A DNA stretch of 64,000 bases from Synechococcus sp. (GCA_047285805.1 JBJBCN010000003.1:192001-256000); one strand, 5' to 3'; positions 52,449 to 63,595 are shown, counted from the first letter of the stretch. Notes: a model not told the origin generated them from the sequence alone. Translations and numbers: made by a program.

Positions 52449-54067
52449 CCGCGGCCGGGGAGACTCGCCAGCAGCTGCCTGCCGATCTCCTGGGCCTCCG
52501 GCACCTTGGCGGCGGCCGCAATCAACCCATAAACCAACAGACCCAAGCCGCCGCTGAAGCTGCACTGCAGAAGCAGGCCCAACAGATCCTGGGGCCACGT
52601 AATCCAGACGGACGTGGCCCAAGCGCTCAGACCAGCGGCTAGGGCTGCCGCCAACAACCGCGCGCTGTCCCGCGCCCAAACCGCCAAGGGCATCCCTGAG
52701 ACACGGCGCTGCAGGGCGAGGAGCAGGCCGAAGCAGGTGATCACATTCACCCCCACCGTGGCCAGCACCAGCCCCGGCGCACCAAAGTTCAAGGTGCTCA
52801 GCTGCAGCCCCCAGGGCGTGGGGCCGCCCACCAAGACCCAATCGAAGAGCGCGTTCAGCGCGATCCCCGCTATCGAGAAGCGGAACGGGGTCGTGCCATC
52901 ACCCAAGGCGTAAAACACCCGCACCAGTACGTCCCGTCCCAGGTAAGCCGGCATGCCCACGCCGTAGGCCATCAGCAAGCCGCCCACCAGCGCCGCGGCA
53001 CCCGCATTGAAGGCACCGCGTTCGTAGACCAAAGCAACGATCGGGCCCGCCAAGGCCACCATCAGTGCCCCCAGGGGAAGCATGGAGGCGTTGGAGAGCA
53101 TCAAGCCCTGTCGAATCCGGGCAATCAGTTCAGAGCGATCAGACGGCGCGGTGAGGCGGGCGAACACCGGCAGAAGGGGAACCAGCAAGGCATTGGAGAG
53201 CAAACCCAGCGGGGTCTGCACCAGCAGGTTCGCGTAGCCCAAACCGGCGGCCGCGCCAACGATTCCCGAGGCAAAAAAGAGATCGGTGAAGACGTTGATC
53301 TGGAGCATCCCTGAGGAGAGGGTCGCCGGGCCCATCACCTGAAGCACCTCCTGCACGCCGGAGTGCTTCCAGTCCCAGACCAGCTGGAACTTGTGAAGCC
53401 CCTGCTTGGCCAGAGCAGGCAGCTGAATCAGCCACTGGAAGACGGCCCCCAGCAGGGTCGTTCCGGCCAGAACCGCACCGCCCAAGAAGGCGTACTGAGG
53501 CAGCGCAATGTCCGAGCCCAGATGCAGCCACAAAATCCCCAGACCGCCGATCACCGCCACGCTGGAGAGCAGGGGGCTGACCGAGGGCAGCCAGAACTCA
53601 TCGGCGGCATTGAGGGCGCCAAAGCCCAGGCCAATCAAGCCGGCGAAGAGCGCCATCGGTGCCATCCAGCGCAGCTCCAGCACGGCGATCGCATGGCGCT
53701 CGGCATCCAGCCCGGGACCTACCAGATCGATGAGGGGATCCGCGGCTAAAAACAGCAGCACCGTGACGCCGATGAGGGCCGCTCCGACCAAGGTGTTGAT
53801 CGCAGCCAGCACATGGGCACCCTCCTCGCGGGGACGGCGGGCCAAGGCGCTGACCATGGCGCTGTGGAACGGTCCGTTGATCCCCCCCAGCAGGATCAGC
53901 AGAAAGCCCGGCAGCACATAGGCGTAGTTGTAGGCGTCATAGGCCGCGCCCACCCCGAAGGCAGCAGCAATGGCCTGCTGGCGGACCAGGCCAGCCAACT
54001 TGCTGAGGGCGGTCGCCACCGCAACGATCAAGGCGATTCGCCGCAGCGAGCGGTTGGCTTGGCTCAT
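52445..54067 (-). CDS. murJ: Lipid II flippase MurJ/MviN
   Basis: LSKLAGLVRQ..IAAAFG, GGINGPFHSA and RVFYALGD..TP motifs. Start at MSQANRS. Confidence 0.95.
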   Translation of the reverse strand: MSQANRSLRRIALIVAVATALSKLAGLVRQQAIAAAFGVGAAYDAYNYAYVLPGFLLILLGGINGPFHSAMVSALARRPREEGAHVLAAINTLVGAALIGVTVLLFLAADPLIDLVGPGLDAERHAIAVLELRWMAPMALFAGLIGLGFGALNAADEFWLPSVSPLLSSVAVIGGLGILWLHLGSDIALPQYAFLGGAVLAGTTLLGAVFQWLIQLPALAKQGLHKFQLVWDWKHSGVQEVLQVMGPATLSSGMLQINVFTDLFFASGIVGAAAGLGYANLLVQTPLGLLSNALLVPLLPVFARLTAPSDRSELIARIRQGLMLSNASMLPLGALMVALAGPIVALVYERGAFNAGAAALVGGLLMAYGVGMPAYLGRDVLVRVFYALGDGTTPFRFSIAGIALNALFDWVLVGGPTPWGLQLSTLNFGAPGLVLATVGVNVITCFGLLLALQRRVSGMPLAVWARDSARLLAAALAAGLSAWATSVWITWPQDLLGLLLQCSFSGGLGLLVYGLIAAAAKVPEAQEIGRQLLASLPGRG

Positions 54068-54112
54068 CCTGGCGCCTTCGGGCCCAAACTCGGGGGATTC
54101 TTGCCGCTTTGC

Positions 54113-54895
54113 ATGCCCGCTGCCGCATCCCCCACAGAACGTCGTCCGGTTCTGGTCCTCGAGGACCTGCATGAAGGGGTGCTTCTCAAGCGCTACAAGC
54201 GCTTTCTGGCGGATGTGGAGCTGAGCAACGGCGAGGTGGTCACAGCGCACTGCGCTAATACCGGACCGATGACCGGAGTGCTGCATGTCGGAGGGCGCGT
54301 CCGGCTGCGCTATGCACCCTCACCCACCCGCAAGCTCGCCTGGACCTGGGAGCAGGCCGAGGTGCCCGGTGCCGATGGCCAGCCGGTTTGGGTGGGCATC
54401 AACACCGCCCTGCCCAACCGACTTGTGCGGGCCACCATCGAGGCAGGTTGCCTTGAACCTTGGCTCGGTCCAATCGCGAACATCCGCGGAGAGGTGGCTT
54501 ATGGCCTCAATCGCCGCAGCCGGATTGACCTGCTACTCACCCCACTGGAGGAGGCTGAAGACCAGCGCCCGATCTACCTCGAGGTAAAAAACACCACCTG
54601 GTGCGAGGGCGATCTCGCCCTCTTTCCTGACACGGTGACCGTGCGGGGGCAGAAGCATCTGGAGGAGCTCATGGGCGTCCTACCCGAGGCCCGGGCTGTC
54701 CTGGTCCCCTGCCTGAGCCGCTCGGACCTGCAACGCTTCGCCCCCGGCGATCAAGCCGACCCGCGCTACGGGGAGCTCTTCCGCGAGGCCCTCGGGGCTG
54801 GTGTTGAGGTGCTGCCCTGCCGCTACAGCTTCAGCGACAGCGGAATCGACTGGATTGGGTTGGCCAGCGTCCAATCCCAGAGAGGAGGCTCATAG
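54113..54895 (+). CDS. sfsA: DNA/RNA nuclease SfsA
   Basis: [24 protein letters not shown] and FPDTVT.RGQKHL motifs. Confidence 0.94.
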   Translation: MPAAASPTERRPVLVLEDLHEGVLLKRYKRFLADVELSNGEVVTAHCANTGPMTGVLHVGGRVRLRYAPSPTRKLAWTWEQAEVPGADGQPVWVGINTALPNRLVRATIEAGCLEPWLGPIANIRGEVAYGLNRRSRIDLLLTPLEEAEDQRPIYLEVKNTTWCEGDLALFPDTVTVRGQKHLEELMGVLPEARAVLVPCLSRSDLQRFAPGDQADPRYGELFREALGAGVEVLPCRYSFSDSGIDWIGLASVQSQRGGS

Positions 54896-54920
54896 AGTTA
54901 GGGACCTCGAGCCAACCGCT

Positions 54921-56141
54921 GTGGATACCCGCGCGTTTAAGCGATCGCTGCATCACTCCGATCGCTACAACCGCCGCGGCTTTGGTCTAGGCGAAGAGGT
55001 GGCCGGCAGCTTGGAGCAGGCCTACCAAAGCAATCTGATCGCAAGCATCCGTGAAAACGGCTATCAGCTGGAGCACGGCCGCCTGAAGGTGAAGTTGGCG
55101 GAAGCCTTCGGGTTCTGCTGGGGCGTCGAGCGGGCCGTGGCCATGGCCTACGAGACCCGGAAGCACTACCCAACCGAGCGGATCTGGATCACCAACGAGA
55201 TCATCCACAACCCCTCGGTGAATGACCACCTGAAGGAGATGGACGTACTATTCATCGACGTCGAGAACGGGGTCAAGGACTTCTCCAAAGTCGCCAGTGG
55301 CGATGTGGTGATCCTTCCGGCATTTGGCGCCACCGTTCAGGAAATGCAACTGCTCAACGAGCGGGGTTGCCACATCGTCGACACCACCTGCCCCTGGGTC
55401 TCCAAGGTGTGGAACACCGTGGAGAAGCACAAGAAGCACGACATCACCTCGATCATTCACGGCAAGGTCAAGCACGAGGAAACCCTCGCCACGAGCTCCT
55501 TTGCCGGCACTTACCTGGTAGTTCTCGATCTGGCCGAAGCCCAGCTGGTCTGCGACTACATCCTCGCCAGTGCGAGCGGGCAAAACCCCAGTGCAGAGCA
55601 GCGCCACGCCTTCATGGAGCGCTTCTCCAAAGCCTGCTCACCGGGCTTTGATCCCGACCAAGATCTAGTGAAGGTGGGCGTGGCCAACCAGACCACCATG
55701 CTCAAGAGCGAAACTGAAGAGATCGGCCGCCTGTTCGAGCGCACGATGCTGCAGCGCTTCGGCCCCGCGGAACTGAATGATCACTTCGTGGCCTTCAACA
55801 CCATCTGCGATGCCACCCAAGAACGGCAGGACGCGATGTTTGCGCTGGTGGATGAGCCTCTCGATCTCATGGTCGTGATTGGCGGCTACAACTCCTCCAA
55901 CACCACCCACCTGCAGGAGATCGCCATCACCCGGGGGATTCGCTCCTTCCACATCGATACCCCCGAGCGCATTGGCCCCAGCAACCGGATTGAGCACAAG
56001 CCCCTCGGCGCCGACCTGGAGGTGATTGAGCCCTTCCTCCCCGGCGGTCCCTTGCGGGTTGGCATTACCTCTGGCGCCTCCACACCCGATCGCGTTGTGG
56101 AAGACGTCATTGGTCGTTTGATCGCCCTGGCCGACGGCTAA
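54921..56141 (+). CDS. ispH: 4-hydroxy-3-methylbut-2-enyl diphosphate reductase
   Basis: [32 protein letters not shown] and SGASTP motifs. Confidence 0.96.
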   Translation: MDTRAFKRSLHHSDRYNRRGFGLGEEVAGSLEQAYQSNLIASIRENGYQLEHGRLKVKLAEAFGFCWGVERAVAMAYETRKHYPTERIWITNEIIHNPSVNDHLKEMDVLFIDVENGVKDFSKVASGDVVILPAFGATVQEMQLLNERGCHIVDTTCPWVSKVWNTVEKHKKHDITSIIHGKVKHEETLATSSFAGTYLVVLDLAEAQLVCDYILASASGQNPSAEQRHAFMERFSKACSPGFDPDQDLVKVGVANQTTMLKSETEEIGRLFERTMLQRFGPAELNDHFVAFNTICDATQERQDAMFALVDEPLDLMVVIGGYNSSNTTHLQEIAITRGIRSFHIDTPERIGPSNRIEHKPLGADLEVIEPFLPGGPLRVGITSGASTPDRVVEDVIGRLIALADG

Positions 56142-56236
56142 TTGAGCTGTCACAGACGCTGCAGAGCCCGGCACCGAACGGGCTTTACATTGATTCATCT
56201 GACCCACAACCAGGCCCTTCAACAGGGCCTTCTGCG

Positions 56237-56875
56237 TTGATCTCATCGGTTACCACACCTGGACCTGAGGTCGACGCCACCGACCTGCCCCTGCGGCGCA
56301 GTGACGACACGCGGGTGCGCTGCTACGGCAGCCAGTTCGCGGATGTAATGGAGATGCGGGCGCCCGCCAAAACCGTGGCGGCCTACCTCGATCGCCACGA
56401 AGGCTGGTTCCACCGCTGTGCAGCCCCCATGGAGGTCGCGAGCCTGGGGCAAAACGGCTACCGGCTGACCCTGGGGCGGTTCGGCAACTTTGGCTTTGAA
56501 ATCGAACCAACAATCGGCCTGGAGCTCCTGCCCCAAAGCCAAGGCGTCTATCGGATTTGCACGGTGCCACCCGAGCAGTTCCAGCCCGGGCTGCGAGACC
56601 TCTATGACGTGGAGTTCAACGCTGCCCTGCGGCTGGAAGAACAAAACGCAGAGAGCCCCCACACCAATGTGCGCTGGGAACTTGATCTGAGCGTCTGGAT
56701 CAAGCTTCCTACAGTGATTGGACTCTTGCCCGAGAGCCTCGTACAGAGCAGCGGCGATCATCTCCTACGCCAAATCGTGCGCCAAATCTCAAGGCGTCTG
56801 ACTTGGAAAGTCCAGGAAGACTTCCACGCCACCCACGGGTTGGAGTGCCCGCCAAGGCGGCGGGCGCAGTTCTGA
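56237..56875 (+). CDS. DUF1997-like protein
   Basis: YLDRHEGWF.RCA.PM, VRQISRRLT.KVQEDFH motifs. Confidence 0.8.
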   Translation: MISSVTTPGPEVDATDLPLRRSDDTRVRCYGSQFADVMEMRAPAKTVAAYLDRHEGWFHRCAAPMEVASLGQNGYRLTLGRFGNFGFEIEPTIGLELLPQSQGVYRICTVPPEQFQPGLRDLYDVEFNAALRLEEQNAESPHTNVRWELDLSVWIKLPTVIGLLPESLVQSSGDHLLRQIVRQISRRLTWKVQEDFHATHGLECPPRRRAQF

Positions 56876-57340
56876 TCAGGCGGGGCGGTTTTCCCAGATC
56901 TTGTTGAGGATCTGCATGCCGCTGACGGCTTGCCAGAGGAACAGGGTGAACACGCCCATGTTCATCATCACGTGCAGCTTGCGGGCGATCAGGTTGCCCT
57001 GCTGCATGAGCGGCGAGAGGGCTGCCGCCAGGGCCAGACCACAGGTCATCGATATGCCGACCAGCAGATGGGGACCGACGAAGAGCTTGCCGTTGTTCAG
57101 GTAGGTCACCGCCATGCCGCCAAAGGTGCCAAGGACCATCACCGCCAGCACGGCACTGCCGAAGAGGTAATGGCGTTTGGCGAACTGACCCTTGATCAGG
57201 ATTTTGCGGGCCTCGGCGTCAGCGGTGCGAGTTTTCTTGGCCTTGATACCAAGAAACATCGCGTAACCGCTCAGGGCGAGCAAACCCCACATCGCCAACG
57301 GATGCAGGAAGTTGAGATTGAAGGCAAGAGCTTCCGGCAT
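56876..57340 (-). CDS. DUF4079-like (cytochrome b561-like) membrane protein
   Basis: HP..MW, His-containing TMs, GKLFVGPHL motif. Confidence 0.8.
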   Translation of the reverse strand: MPEALAFNLNFLHPLAMWGLLALSGYAMFLGIKAKKTRTADAEARKILIKGQFAKRHYLFGSAVLAVMVLGTFGGMAVTYLNNGKLFVGPHLLVGISMTCGLALAAALSPLMQQGNLIARKLHVMMNMGVFTLFLWQAVSGMQILNKIWENRPA

Positions 57341-57378
57341 GGAGCGCTGGCTGAGGGAACGGACCGCGTGACGTTAAG

Positions 57379-58938
57379 TCAGTGCAGGAAATGGCGGCTG
57401 CCCGTCACGACCATCGCCAAACCCAGCTCATCGCAAGCGGCGATGGAGTCGGCATCACGGACGCTGCCACCGGGCTGAATCACCGCGGTGATGCCGTACT
57501 GCGCAGCTAGGCGGACGGTGTCATCGAAGGGGAAGAAGCCATCGCTGGCCAAGACCGCTCCGCGGGCCTTCTCCCCAGCGGTCTCCATGGCAAGTTTCGC
57601 CGAGCCGACTCGGTTCATCTGACCGGCACCGATCCCGAGGCTCTGACCGCCGCGGGCAACGGTGATGGCGTTGGAGCGCACGTGGCGCACTAGACGCCAG
57701 CAGAAAGCCAGGTCGGTCAGCTCTTCGGGACTGGGCTGACGCTTGCTGACCACCTGCCAAGCGGTCTCATCCACGGGCTGATCGTCCAGGTCCTGAACCA
57801 AGAGACCGCCGAGAACGCTGCGCAGCTGTTGACGACTGGCGAGCTCAATCGCCTCCGGTGCCAGCTCCAACAAGCGCAAGTTGGCCTTGGCCGAGAGCAG
57901 ATCGCGGGCTTCGCTATCAAACGAGGGCGCCACCACACACTCCAAAAAGAGGCTGGTCAAATGACTGGCAGTCGCCCCATCAACGGGACCGTTGATCGCG
58001 ACGATGCCACCAAAGGCCGAGAGGCGATCGGCATCGAGCGCCCGCTCAAGCGCTTTGGCGCTGCCGGACCCGGTAGCAACGCCACAGGGGTTGGTGTGCT
58101 TGACCACCACCGCAGCTGGCTTGAAGGCATTGCCGCCAGCGGGCTGGCCGCCGTAACCGAACTCGCGCACCGTGGCGAGGGCGGCTTCGAGGTCAAGGAT
58201 GTTGTTGTAGCTGAGCTCCTTGCCCTGGAGCTGTTCACCAGCGGCCAGACCCGCACCAGGCTGGGCGTACCAGGTGGCGCTTTGGTGAGGGTTCTCGCCG
58301 TAGCGCAGGCTCTGGCGGGCCGGCAGCTCAAGGCGGAAACTACCCACGCGCTCAGTCTGAAGTTGGGAGGTCAACCACTGGCTGATGGCGGCGTCGTACT
58401 CCGCGGTATGGCTAAAGGCCTCCAGGGCCAGCTGACGCCGCAACTCAGAGCTGATCGCCCCTGCGCCCAGGGCCTCCAGGAAGGCGGGGTATTGAGCGGG
58501 GCTCGTCAGAACGGTCACATCGGCATGGTTCTTAGCGGCCGCGCGGACCATCGCCGGACCGCCGATGTCGATGTTTTCGATCGCCGCGTCCCAACTGACG
58601 TCGGGGCGAGCGATCGTCTCGCGGAAGGGATAGAGATTGACCACGACCACATCGATCGGGGCGATGCCCTGATCCGCCAGATCGCTTTGGTGGGAGGACT
58701 CGGAGCGCTTGGCAAGGATCCCGCCGTGAATGCGGGGGTGCAGGGTTTTGACGCGCCCCCCGAGGATTTCGGGTGCGCCGGTGTGCTCGGCGACCTTGGT
58801 GACCGGGACCCCTGCCGCGGCCAACGCTGCTGCGGTGCCGCCGCTGGAGATCAGGTGATAACCGGCCGCCAACAGCCCCTTGGCCAAGGGCACCAGCCCT
58901 TCCTTGTTGGACACGCTGAGCAGGGCCGTGGGCGCCAT
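57379..58938 (-). CDS. purH: Bifunctional AICAR transformylase/IMP cyclohydrolase
   Basis: [24 protein letters not shown] and ASDGFFPF motifs. Confidence 0.97.
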   Translation of the reverse strand: MAPTALLSVSNKEGLVPLAKGLLAAGYHLISSGGTAAALAAAGVPVTKVAEHTGAPEILGGRVKTLHPRIHGGILAKRSESSHQSDLADQGIAPIDVVVVNLYPFRETIARPDVSWDAAIENIDIGGPAMVRAAAKNHADVTVLTSPAQYPAFLEALGAGAISSELRRQLALEAFSHTAEYDAAISQWLTSQLQTERVGSFRLELPARQSLRYGENPHQSATWYAQPGAGLAAGEQLQGKELSYNNILDLEAALATVREFGYGGQPAGGNAFKPAAVVVKHTNPCGVATGSGSAKALERALDADRLSAFGGIVAINGPVDGATASHLTSLFLECVVAPSFDSEARDLLSAKANLRLLELAPEAIELASRQQLRSVLGGLLVQDLDDQPVDETAWQVVSKRQPSPEELTDLAFCWRLVRHVRSNAITVARGGQSLGIGAGQMNRVGSAKLAMETAGEKARGAVLASDGFFPFDDTVRLAAQYGITAVIQPGGSVRDADSIAACDELGLAMVVTGSRHFLH

Positions 58939-58997
58939 GGCGATGCAGAGGTCGGCAGAAGGTCCAACCTACGCAGGAGCAGCTCCCGGATCCGCCC

Positions 58998-59600
58998 ATG
59001 ACCAGCCATCCCGACCAGCTCCAGTGGGGGCCTGAGCACGCCCAACAACGACTCGTTCTGCTGCATGGCTGGGGGGCTGATGCGGATGACCTCCTGGATC
59101 TCGGGGCCCTGCTCGTCAGCCCTCAGACCAGCGTTGTCGCCCTGCGCGCCCCCGAAGCCCATCCCTATGGCACAGGCAGGCAGTGGTACGACCTTCAACC
59201 GATCGACTGGGAGGCCCTGCCGGCGGCCCGCTCCAACCTTCAGGCGCGGCTCCTCTCCCTCGCTGAGAGCGTGCCCCTGGAGAAGACCGTGCTGTTGGGC
59301 TTCTCCCAGGGCGCGGCGATGGCGCTCGATGTCGGTTCCGCCCTTCCTTTGGCGGGGATTGCGGCCTGCAGCGGTTACCCCCATCAGGGCTGGCTAGCGC
59401 CGACGCCCTGTCCACCGGTGCTTCTGACCCACGGCCGAAAGGACCCCGTGGTCCCCTTCATGGCAAGTGAGGAGCTGCAGAAGCAACTGCAAGCCAGCTG
59501 CCAAAGGGCCCGACTGGTGTCCTTTGAGGGCGGCCACGGCATTGATGAATCGGTCCTGCCCGAGCTCAAACGCTTCATTGCGGAGCGAATTGAGGGCTGA
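58998..59600 (+). CDS. Phospholipase/carboxylesterase (alpha/beta hydrolase)
   Basis: LHGWGA, GFSQG nucleophile, HG..DPVVP and GGH motifs. Confidence 0.9.
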   Translation: MTSHPDQLQWGPEHAQQRLVLLHGWGADADDLLDLGALLVSPQTSVVALRAPEAHPYGTGRQWYDLQPIDWEALPAARSNLQARLLSLAESVPLEKTVLLGFSQGAAMALDVGSALPLAGIAACSGYPHQGWLAPTPCPPVLLTHGRKDPVVPFMASEELQKQLQASCQRARLVSFEGGHGIDESVLPELKRFIAERIEG

Positions 59601-59608
59601 AGGGCAAT

Positions 59609-59637
59609 AAAAAAGCCGGCCTTACGCGGAGGCCGGC
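59609..59637 (-). terminator. Intrinsic terminator of the DUF3155 gene
   Basis: Minus strand GCCGGCCT-CCGCGTA-AGGCCGGC followed by TTTTTT. Confidence 0.8.
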
Positions 59638-59666
59638 CAAATGCCCTTCAGGAGAGGTCTTGAAAA

Positions 59667-60038
59667 TCAGACGAAGGCGTATTCGTACTCTTCCATCTCT
59701 TCCCAATCGTCGGCGGCCAAAGCTTCGAGACCAGCGAAGAGGTTCTCTTCACCAATGCGGTCGACGATTTCACGCAGTGAAGGGAACAGGAAGTGGTTCT
59801 CCTCGGCGTATTGAGCACTGAAGAGACCCTTTTCGCCCCAGAAGAAGCGGTCGGTGGTGTGCTCATTGCGACGCACATTGACCAGAGCGGGGGGAACGAT
59901 GCCCGACTCGGCGATGTAGCGGCGAGCAGCCGTCACGGGCTTGTACTCACCGGTTTCAATGTTGTGAACGCCGACATGGGCGAGAACTCGCTGACCGGCA
60001 AGCCGGCGGCGGCTTACGCGCTTACGCTTTTTGGACAT
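59667..60038 (-). CDS. DUF3155-like conserved cyanobacterial protein
   Basis: MSKKRKRVSRRRLAGQRVLAHV, KPVTAARRYI and FFWGEKGLFSAQYAEEN motifs. Confidence 0.85.
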   Translation of the reverse strand: MSKKRKRVSRRRLAGQRVLAHVGVHNIETGEYKPVTAARRYIAESGIVPPALVNVRRNEHTTDRFFWGEKGLFSAQYAEENHFLFPSLREIVDRIGEENLFAGLEALAADDWEEMEEYEYAFV

Positions 60039-60249
60039 GAGAAGAAACCCCGAAGGGCGGAGGGGACGAAGAGAGGAAGACGAGAAGCCTTCAGCAACGC
60101 CCAAACCTCTGACAGCCCAAGGTGACAGCAAAGGGAGCGTTGGCGTTCAATCCAGCAAAGAGACGCATCTCTACTGCTGTAGCCTCTGAAGAACAAAGTT
60201 GCAACCAGAGGCAGAAGCCAATACCGTCCTGCCTGCGTCAGGCCGCTAG

Positions 60250-60263
60250 GTATTGGTCGATAC
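60250..60263. promoter_or_regulatory. Candidate NtcA box in the divergent DUF3155/histidine kinase promoter
   Basis: Exact GTA-TTGGTCGA-TAC, next to a minus-strand TAAGAT -10 (60274-60269). Confidence 0.45.
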
Positions 60264-60354
60264 CCAAAATCTTAAGACTTTTTCTCGGATTTGAACCAAA
60301 TTTCCGAGAAATATCTTTTTGAAGGCCGTGGACCAACCCCAAACCGCCGCATAG

Positions 60355-61491
60355 ATGCAAGTCTCCAAGCGGTTTCTCGCGCTGCTGAAACAGCAACTTG
60401 CCCAATTCGCAGATCGTCCAGACCTGCGAATGCTGGTGGTGTATGCGGCGCTCCCCAGTGCCGACGGAGAGCCCTCGCTGCTCTCGATTGGGGAATGGCC
60501 TCAGACGACCCTAGCCCTCCAGAGCGGCATGAGCGAACCGGCGCCGGAACCAGGCAGCACACGCCGCTGGCTCGCCCTACGGGATGGCCCGCTGCTACTC
60601 GGGGCCCTGCGGATCGATACAGACTGCTGGCCCTGGCCGGCGCCCCTCGGCGATCGACTCGAAGCCACCGCGCTCTGCCTCACAGAAGCGCTCAAGCTCG
60701 ATCTGGAGAAACAACGACTCAGGCGGCAACTGGCCCTCAGGGATGACCAACTGAAGTTGCTGGTCCACCAACTGCGCAATCCGCTGGCCGCACTGCGCAC
60801 CTTCGGGCAACTGCTCAGGCGTCGCCTCGAGGGCGACAGCGACAACCAGGCGCTGGTGGACAATCTGCTGAGCGAGCAACACCAGATCAATCGCTATCTC
60901 GAGGCGATTGACCAGCTGACCCAAACGCCGCTGCTCCCCCCCGCCGAAGGCGGACTGCAACCTCTGCTGCTGCCGCCGGCCTTCAGCCGTGAGGACCTTC
61001 GCTCCCTCAACCTGGTGCTGGAGCCCTTGATCGAGCGCGCAGCTGGGACCGCGGCCCTGCAGGGCCGGCGTTGGGCACCGCCCGGTGAGCTTCCGACCCT
61101 GCCGTGCAACGCTGCGGCCGTCTCCGAGATCGTGGCCAATCTGCTTGAAAACGCCTTCCGCTACAGCCGGGCCGGTGGCTGCGTGGGTCTGAGCTGCCAC
61201 GAGCAAGGCGAAGCGCTGAGGTTGGCGGTTTGGGACGAAGGCCCCGAAATTCCAGACGCGGAACGGGAGCAGATTTTCCGCAAAGGGGTGCGGGGCAGCA
61301 CCGGCAGGGCGCTCGCGGGAAGCGGTTTAGGGCTGGCGCTGGCTCGAGACCTGGCTGAGCGCAGTGGTGGCGCACTGGACTTGCTGACTCCGCCGTCCCG
61401 CCTTGATCCAAAACTCCCCGCGGCGGGGAACGTCTTTCAACTCAGGCTGCCCAAGACGCCAGTGCCGCCAAAAGCAACAGCGTCCAACTAA
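60355..61491 (+). CDS. Sensor histidine kinase (Hik2/CSK-like)
   Basis: H-box HQLRNPL, N-box NLLENAFRY, D.GP, G-box GSGLGL; no TM helix. Confidence 0.9.
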   Translation: MQVSKRFLALLKQQLAQFADRPDLRMLVVYAALPSADGEPSLLSIGEWPQTTLALQSGMSEPAPEPGSTRRWLALRDGPLLLGALRIDTDCWPWPAPLGDRLEATALCLTEALKLDLEKQRLRRQLALRDDQLKLLVHQLRNPLAALRTFGQLLRRRLEGDSDNQALVDNLLSEQHQINRYLEAIDQLTQTPLLPPAEGGLQPLLLPPAFSREDLRSLNLVLEPLIERAAGTAALQGRRWAPPGELPTLPCNAAAVSEIVANLLENAFRYSRAGGCVGLSCHEQGEALRLAVWDEGPEIPDAEREQIFRKGVRGSTGRALAGSGLGLALARDLAERSGGALDLLTPPSRLDPKLPAAGNVFQLRLPKTPVPPKATASN

Positions 61492-62188
61492 GGCTCCACT
61501 CCACGCACGCCCCATAGCTATCCCCACTGTGGCCGCCGAGGCGCCGGCCCAAGGACCAGGGGATGAGCAAGGCCGGCAGCACTCCGAACCAGCCCAGGAC
61601 CGCCCATTGGCTCCAGCCAAGAGCTAGCAGCAGGCTGCTCAGGGGAAACACCAGAAGCAGGGAGGGCACCAATTCGGCGAGCAGCCCCTGCCAATGGCGG
61701 CGGTGAAAGGCGGCCGTGCCCTCGCTCTGGCGCAGGTAAGGAAACCCTTCCATCGCAAACAGCGGTGAAACCCGAGCCCAGATGGAAGTCCAAACCAAGG
61801 CGATCGGCGCAGCAGCACCCAGCCAGGCCAAGGCCGCCACGCGCAGCAAGAGCGCAACCACCAGGGCCTGAACCCCACTGGCGCCCACCCGGCTGTCATC
61901 CATGGCCTCCAGCCGGCGATCGGCGGGAGCCGCCAACCCATCGGCCGTATCCATCAACCCATCGAGGTGCAAGCCGCCGCTAAGGCTGACACCCAGGGCC
62001 AGCACCAAAGGGATCTGCACCAAAAGCCCAGCGGGCGCCAGCACCTGCCACACCCCGGCTTCCAGGAGGCCAATGGCGATGCCGACCCAGGGCGCAAAAC
62101 GAGCGATGCGCTCAAAGCGCGGGTTCACCCCAGGCGGCAACGGCAAGACGCTGTAGAAAATCCAAGCTCCAGCCAAGTCCCTGAGCAT
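61442..62188 (-). CDS. cobS: Adenosylcobinamide-GDP ribazoletransferase
   Basis: [23 protein letters not shown] and [11 protein letters not shown] motifs. Confidence 0.93.
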   Translation of the reverse strand: MLRDLAGAWIFYSVLPLPPGVNPRFERIARFAPWVGIAIGLLEAGVWQVLAPAGLLVQIPLVLALGVSLSGGLHLDGLMDTADGLAAPADRRLEAMDDSRVGASGVQALVVALLLRVAALAWLGAAAPIALVWTSIWARVSPLFAMEGFPYLRQSEGTAAFHRRHWQGLLAELVPSLLLVFPLSSLLLALGWSQWAVLGWFGVLPALLIPWSLGRRLGGHSGDSYGACVEWSLSWTLLLLAALASWAA

Positions 62189-62232
62189 GCGGGCGGCCAG
62201 CAACGATGGGACTAGATGATCCTGCCGCCTCG

Positions 62233-63354
62233 ATGAGCTTCCACTTCGAGATCACGGCCCGCTGCACGCGCACCGGAGCGCGCTGCGGCTGCTTTCACAC
62301 CCCCCACGGCATCGTCACCACTCCGCGCTTCATGCCCGTAGGGACGCTGGCGACGGTGAAGGGGGTCACCCCAGCACAACTGAAGGCTACCGGCGCGGAG
62401 ATGGTGCTCTCCAACACCTTCCACCTGCATCTGCAACCCGGTGAGCAGATCGTCGCCGATGGCGGTGGCTTGCATCGCTTCATGGCCTGGGACGGACCGA
62501 TGCTCACGGACTCCGGCGGCTTTCAGGTCTTCAGCCTGGGCGACATCAACACGATTAACGACCGCGGGGTGGTCTTTCGCTCCCCACGCGATGGCGCCCG
62601 AATCGACCTCACCCCAGAGCGCTCCATGGCCATTCAGATGGCCTTGGGTGCGGATGTGGCGATGGCCTTTGACCAGTGTCCGCCCTATCCAGCCAGCGAA
62701 AGCGAGGTAGAGGCCGCTAGCCGGCGCACCCATGCCTGGCTCGAGCGCTGCATCAGCAGCCACGCCAAAAACGATCAGGCCCTCTTCGGCATCGTCCAGG
62801 GGGGCTGCTTCCCCCGCTTGCGCGAGGAATCCGCACGCATCGTCAGTTCGATGGGCCTGCCCGGCATCGCCGTGGGTGGCGTCAGCGTGGGCGAACCCGC
62901 CGAGGAGATGCACCGAATTGTTCGCCAGGTCGGCCCCTTACTGCCCGATGACAAGCCCCGTTACCTGATGGGCGTGGGCACCTTGCCGGAGATGGCGATT
63001 GCCGTGGCCAATGGCTTCGATCTCTTTGATTGCGTCCTGCCCACCCGCCTAGGACGCCACGGTGCAGCCCTGGTGGACGGTGAACGCTGGAACTTGAAAA
63101 ACGCCCGCTTCCGCCACGACCACACTCCGCTTGACCCCAGCTGCAGCTGCCCGGCCTGCACGGTCCACAGCCGCGCGTACCTGCATCACCTAATCAAGAC
63201 GGACGAACTACTCGGAAAGATCCTGCTGAGCCTGCACAACATCACCCAACTGGTGCGTTTCAGCCGTGCCATGGGACAGGCCATTCGGGACGGCTGTTTT
63301 TCAGAGGATTTCGCTCCATGGGAACCCAACTCTCTGGCCGCCCACACGTGGTAG
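62233..63354 (+). CDS. tgt: Queuine tRNA-ribosyltransferase
   Basis: [29 protein letters not shown] and CSCPAC motifs. Confidence 0.97.
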   Translation: MSFHFEITARCTRTGARCGCFHTPHGIVTTPRFMPVGTLATVKGVTPAQLKATGAEMVLSNTFHLHLQPGEQIVADGGGLHRFMAWDGPMLTDSGGFQVFSLGDINTINDRGVVFRSPRDGARIDLTPERSMAIQMALGADVAMAFDQCPPYPASESEVEAASRRTHAWLERCISSHAKNDQALFGIVQGGCFPRLREESARIVSSMGLPGIAVGGVSVGEPAEEMHRIVRQVGPLLPDDKPRYLMGVGTLPEMAIAVANGFDLFDCVLPTRLGRHGAALVDGERWNLKNARFRHDHTPLDPSCSCPACTVHSRAYLHHLIKTDELLGKILLSLHNITQLVRFSRAMGQAIRDGCFSEDFAPWEPNSLAAHTW

Positions 63355-63384
63355 CTTCCGTCCCTAGCCAACGACGATTCCGGG

Positions 63385-63528
63385 ATGGCCGCTTACGCCC
63401 TGCAGACCCTGGCACAGCTGCCCGAGGCCTACCAAGCCTTCGGTCCTCTGATTGACATCCTGCCCATCATTCCCCTGTTCTTCCTGCTGCTGGCCTTTGT
63501 TTGGCAAGCCTCCGTCGGCTTCCGCTGA
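63385..63528 (+). CDS. psbK: Photosystem II PsbK (47 aa)
   Basis: Manual translation [47 protein letters not shown]. Confidence 0.97.
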   Translation: MAAYALQTLAQLPEAYQAFGPLIDILPIIPLFFLLLAFVWQASVGFR

Positions 63529-63555
63529 ACAGCAGCTCAACAGCTTTTCTCTCCA

Positions 63556-63588
63556 GCGGTGGAGGCTTTAAGGCTTCCACCGCTTTTT
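63556..63588 (+). terminator. Intrinsic terminator after psbK
   Basis: AGCGGTGGAGGC-TTTAAG-GCTTCCACCGCT followed by a T run. Confidence 0.85.
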
Positions 63589-63595
63589 GCTGGCT

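Noticed and set aside
46476..59001. Long antisense or alternate-frame ORFs over leuC, cinA, glyA, murJ, ispH and purH
   Set aside because: Same shadow effect in high-GC DNA; no independent coding signal.
60179..60196. TGTAGC...AACA as an NtcA site
   Set aside because: The spacer is 10 nt, not the required 8.
61442..61491. 50-bp convergent overlap of the histidine kinase and cobS
   Set aside because: Short 3' overlaps are common in these compact genomes; several others occur in this window.
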